32,000 nucleotides of DNA, from the NCBI GenBank assembly GCA_000503915.1, contig CP006915.1, positions 540,001-572,000 of the forward strand. Reading direction: 5' to 3'. The notes beneath the pieces are model-generated. The model searched no databases, was not told where the DNA came from, and saw only the letters and a list, made by a program, of their open reading frames with translations. The stretch comes from Candidatus Saccharimonadota bacterium. GTDB lineage: Bacteria; Patescibacteriota; Saccharimonadia; Saccharimonadales; Saccharimonadaceae. This document shows positions 30,082 through 32,000 of the stretch, in pieces; positions within the stretch are counted from its first letter, which is position 1; each line of letters opens with the position of its first letter. Made by a program: the position numbers and the translations under genes.

Positions 30082-30648
30082 TTAAAGCAATGAGTGACTG
30101 GTGATAACGTGCTGGCCGAGGATGAAATCTTGGATGATTTGATTGACCTGTGGCTGGATGGTCTTTGTGAGAAGGAGCATTTCATCTTGACTGAGTCGTG
30201 CGAGGACGAAATCAACGTCGGCTATCTGACTGCGCTGCTCACTGGCGATGCCAATACGCAGACGGTGGTAATTTTCACCGAGGTGGGCATTGAGCGATTT
30301 AATACCATTATTGCCGGCGTCACTCCCCCTGTCGCGGATACGGAGTGTACCAAACGGTAGCGCCAGTTCGTCGTGCAGCACCAGAATGTCGGTGGCGGGA
30401 TCGAGCTTGTAAAAATCCATGAGCGCGCGAGCTGAACGACCGGATTCATTGTAGAAAGTCGTTGGCTTCGCCAGGATGACCTTTTCACCATTTATCGACG
30501 TCTCAGCGACGACGGCAAGGAATTTAGGCTTGGAACTATAAGTTGCCCCCCTTTCTTCGGCGAAAGCGTCCAAACACAAGAAGCCTACGTTATGTCGCGT
30601 GTAGTAGTACTCTAGTCCAGGATTACCTTGTGCAAAGATCAGCTTCAT
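30082..30648 (-). CDS. pth: peptidyl-tRNA hydrolase
   Basis: MKLIFAQGNPGLEYYYTRHNVGF, then LVLHDELALPFGTLRIRDRGSDAGNNGIKS. Confidence 0.95.
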   Translation of the reverse strand: MKLIFAQGNPGLEYYYTRHNVGFLCLDAFAEERGATYSSKPKFLAVVAETSINGEKVILAKPTTFYNESGRSARALMDFYKLDPATDILVLHDELALPFGTLRIRDRGSDAGNNGIKSLNAHLGENYHRLRIGIASEQRSQIADVDFVLARLSQDEMLLLTKTIQPQVNQIIQDFILGQHVITSHSLL

Positions 30649-30760
30649 ATCTGTAAAATAGTATATACTATTGCATTCTAATATTAATTATGTTATAATA
30701 CACCGGATTGTCCTTTGATGACGGATTGTCCGTCATCTTCTTCCCCAAGGAGGTACAATC

Positions 30761-31096
30761 ATGTACAAGCTCACGATGGCGATCATGAAAGCGGTCACAC
30801 TGACTCTGCTGGTCGCCGCGGCCATGTTTTACTTGCTCGAGGGAGAATCTGCGCGGACGTATGCCTTCGCTGTGCTCTCGGTCATCGCACTGATCGTCGC
30901 TCTGATGATCTGGGGCGAACACCACAGCAAGCTGAAGAACGCACCGAGCTCATCGGTAACGCTCTTTGAGCAAGAAAGTAGTATTACCACTGCACTCAGG
31001 CTGGTCCGCCAGCTTCCGGAGCGTCCAGTGATGTACTACAGGGGCGAGGTCTTTGACTTCGTCCACAACGACCCGACCCAGCCCGATCCGGCCTGA
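30761..31096 (+). CDS. small membrane protein (two TM helices)
   Basis: AAGGAGG SD at 30747-30753. A TGtTATAAT -10 at 30691-30699 gives a leader of about 55 nt. Preferred over overlapping ORF 30715 (no SD, low complexity). Confidence 0.6.
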   Translation: MYKLTMAIMKAVTLTLLVAAAMFYLLEGESARTYAFAVLSVIALIVALMIWGEHHSKLKNAPSSSVTLFEQESSITTALRLVRQLPERPVMYYRGEVFDFVHNDPTQPDPA

Positions 31097-31126
31097 GTTG
31101 GTTTCTGCCCCGTTCCCTAATCGGTC

Positions 31127-31166
31127 GAGCCTCGCTCCCGTGCAGGGTGCGGGGCTCTTCCTTTTG
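31127..31166 (+). terminator. rho-independent terminator
   Basis: GAGCCTCGC ... GCGGGGCTC stem (one G-U pair), followed by TTCCTTTTGG. Confidence 0.55.
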
Positions 31167-31199
31167 GTGTAATCTCAGCCTACTCTCAGGTCAGTGCCC

Positions 31200-31205
31200 T
31201 ATAAT
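31200..31205 (+). promoter_or_regulatory. -10 TATAAT, leaderless layout for the GT2 gene
   Basis: TATAAT, 8 nt, then ATG 31214, no SD. Confidence 0.45.
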
Positions 31206-31213
31206 CTGTCAAG

Positions 31214-32000
31214 ATGAGCATGCGGAGCAATTTTAAGGCAGGCCTGTATCGCGAGGCTACACTATTTGAGCAACGTCTGTCGTCTCCTACCGTGTCGTTG
31301 ATACTGGCGGGATCGATCCTCGGTGCCTTTATTTATCTTTTCTTTCTATTGCAACCGAGTGTTCGCGGCGACCTCTTGCCGTATATTCTAACGATCATTG
31401 CTGAATTTTTCCTGGTCTCCCAAGGAGTGCTGTCGTTTTGGACGATTCTCAGCGGTCGGGCAAACCCGCGCCATTTCGAGTATCACAATGCTCAAAACGG
31501 CCTCTTCGGGCAGCGGATCGGTAAATCGCTCGCCAAAGATTTACATGAATATGTCTCGGAGCAGACGCGGGAGTTGCAGATGTATATGCACCGGAAAAAG
31601 GTTTCCGTTGATGTCTTCATCCCTGTTTACGGTGAGCCGGTTGATGAGATCAAAGCGACCGCCCAGGCTGCGCGCGACATGTACGGCAAGCATGAGACAT
31701 ATATTCTCGATGATGGTGAGTCAGATAACGTAAAGAAAATGGCGCGCCGAATTGGTGTCGGCTATATCAGGCGCCCACGCCATGATCACGCAAAAGCCGG
31801 TAATATCAACTATGCACTGCGTCAGACCAAGGGCGATTTCTTTGTGATCCTTGACGCTGACTTTGTAGCAAAGCCCGAGTTTCTCTACGAAACACTCCCC
31901 TTTTTTGAAGATAAAGAAATGGCGATGGTACAGACGCCGCAGTTTTACAGCAACGCACTTAACTTTGTCTCTACCGCAGCCGGCTACATGCAGCACATCT
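31214..32000 (+). CDS. family 2 glycosyltransferase, cellulose-synthase-like (BcsA/CelA-type), 5' partial (runs off the window)
   Basis: My own translation: MSMRSNFKAGLYREATLF...two TM helices...VDVFIPVYGEP...YILDDG...HAKAGNINYAL...FFVILDADF...MVQTPQFY. It is open to the window end, so it is missing from the ORF track. Confidence 0.85.
   Translation, partial: MSMRSNFKAGLYREATLFEQRLSSPTVSLILAGSILGAFIYLFFLLQPSVRGDLLPYILTIIAEFFLVSQGVLSFWTILSGRANPRHFEYHNAQNGLFGQRIGKSLAKDLHEYVSEQTRELQMYMHRKKVSVDVFIPVYGEPVDEIKATAQAARDMYGKHETYILDDGESDNVKKMARRIGVGYIRRPRHDHAKAGNINYALRQTKGDFFVILDADFVAKPEFLYETLPFFEDKEMAMVQTPQFYSNALNFVSTAAGYMQHI

Noticed and set aside
30668-30969. ORFs 30668-30925 (minus) and 30715-30969 (plus)
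   Set aside because: They overlap the SD-preceded 111-aa membrane-protein ORF. Their translations are His/Asp/Arg/Ser-rich and low-complexity, and they have no start signals.
31398-31996. ORFs 31398-31733 (plus) and 31721-31996 (minus)
   Set aside because: They are out-of-frame or antisense shadows of the GT2 cellulose-synthase-like gene, whose frame carries clear catalytic motifs.
1-32000. CRISPR arrays, rRNA or tRNA genes
   Set aside because: Reading through the intergenic regions, I saw no regularly spaced repeat array, no rRNA-like conserved blocks, and no tRNA-like T-arm (GGTTCGAATCC-type) sequences.

Overview
All calls below are made by eye, with no database search. This is a gene-dense, short-intergenic chromosome segment using standard code 11. 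Gene content suggests a reduced-genome Patescibacteria/CPR organism, Saccharibacteria-like; this is inference only.

Layout:
- 0-11.3 kb, plus strand: small housekeeping and accessory genes. They include a YunG-like ORF, an FKBP isomerase, a membrane protein plus cupredoxin pair, an S51 peptidase, a Tubby/LURP-like protein, a GNAT plus Erm-like methyltransferase pair, and an orphan DUF4868/KwaB-like gene. Two tandem type IV pilin genes lie on the minus strand (one frame-disrupted). A Pif1-like helicase, a GH1 glycosidase, a YvcK-like gene and a HAD-like hydrolase follow.
- 11.3-19.8 kb: a minimal dcw cluster, mraZ-rsmH-ftsL-ftsI-mraY-ftsW-murG-ftsQ. Upstream are a terminator, a perfect inverted pair of DnaA boxes, and a promoter embedded in AGTGG(G/A) direct repeats (MraZ-operator-like). 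The spacers inside the operon are unusually long and A/C-rich.
- 19.8-21.7 kb: a compositionally mosaic accessory patch. It holds an ORF-free AT-rich segment bounded by 18-nt direct repeats, a nuclease-like gene, and a GC-rich 82-aa gene behind a long foldable leader.
- 21.7-29.0 kb, minus strand: a co-directional DNA-handling array, dprA-topA-(sigma region 4/HARE-HTH-like protein)-(897-aa membrane-anchored VirD4/TraG/HerA-like ATPase).
- 29.0-29.5 kb: an ORF-poor, promoter- and terminator-bounded, hairpin-rich locus (candidate ncRNA).
- 29.5-32.0 kb: a GC-rich orphan gene, pth, a small membrane protein, and a GT2 cellulose-synthase-like gene running off the window. The GT2 gene is absent from the ORF track.

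A recurring TGnTA(C/T)AAT -10 element lies 6-9 nt before many ATGs, suggesting widespread leaderless transcripts. The best candidates for something undescribed are the HTH plus membrane ATPase module, the candidate ncRNA, the 82-aa gene with its leader, and the orphan KwaB-like gene.
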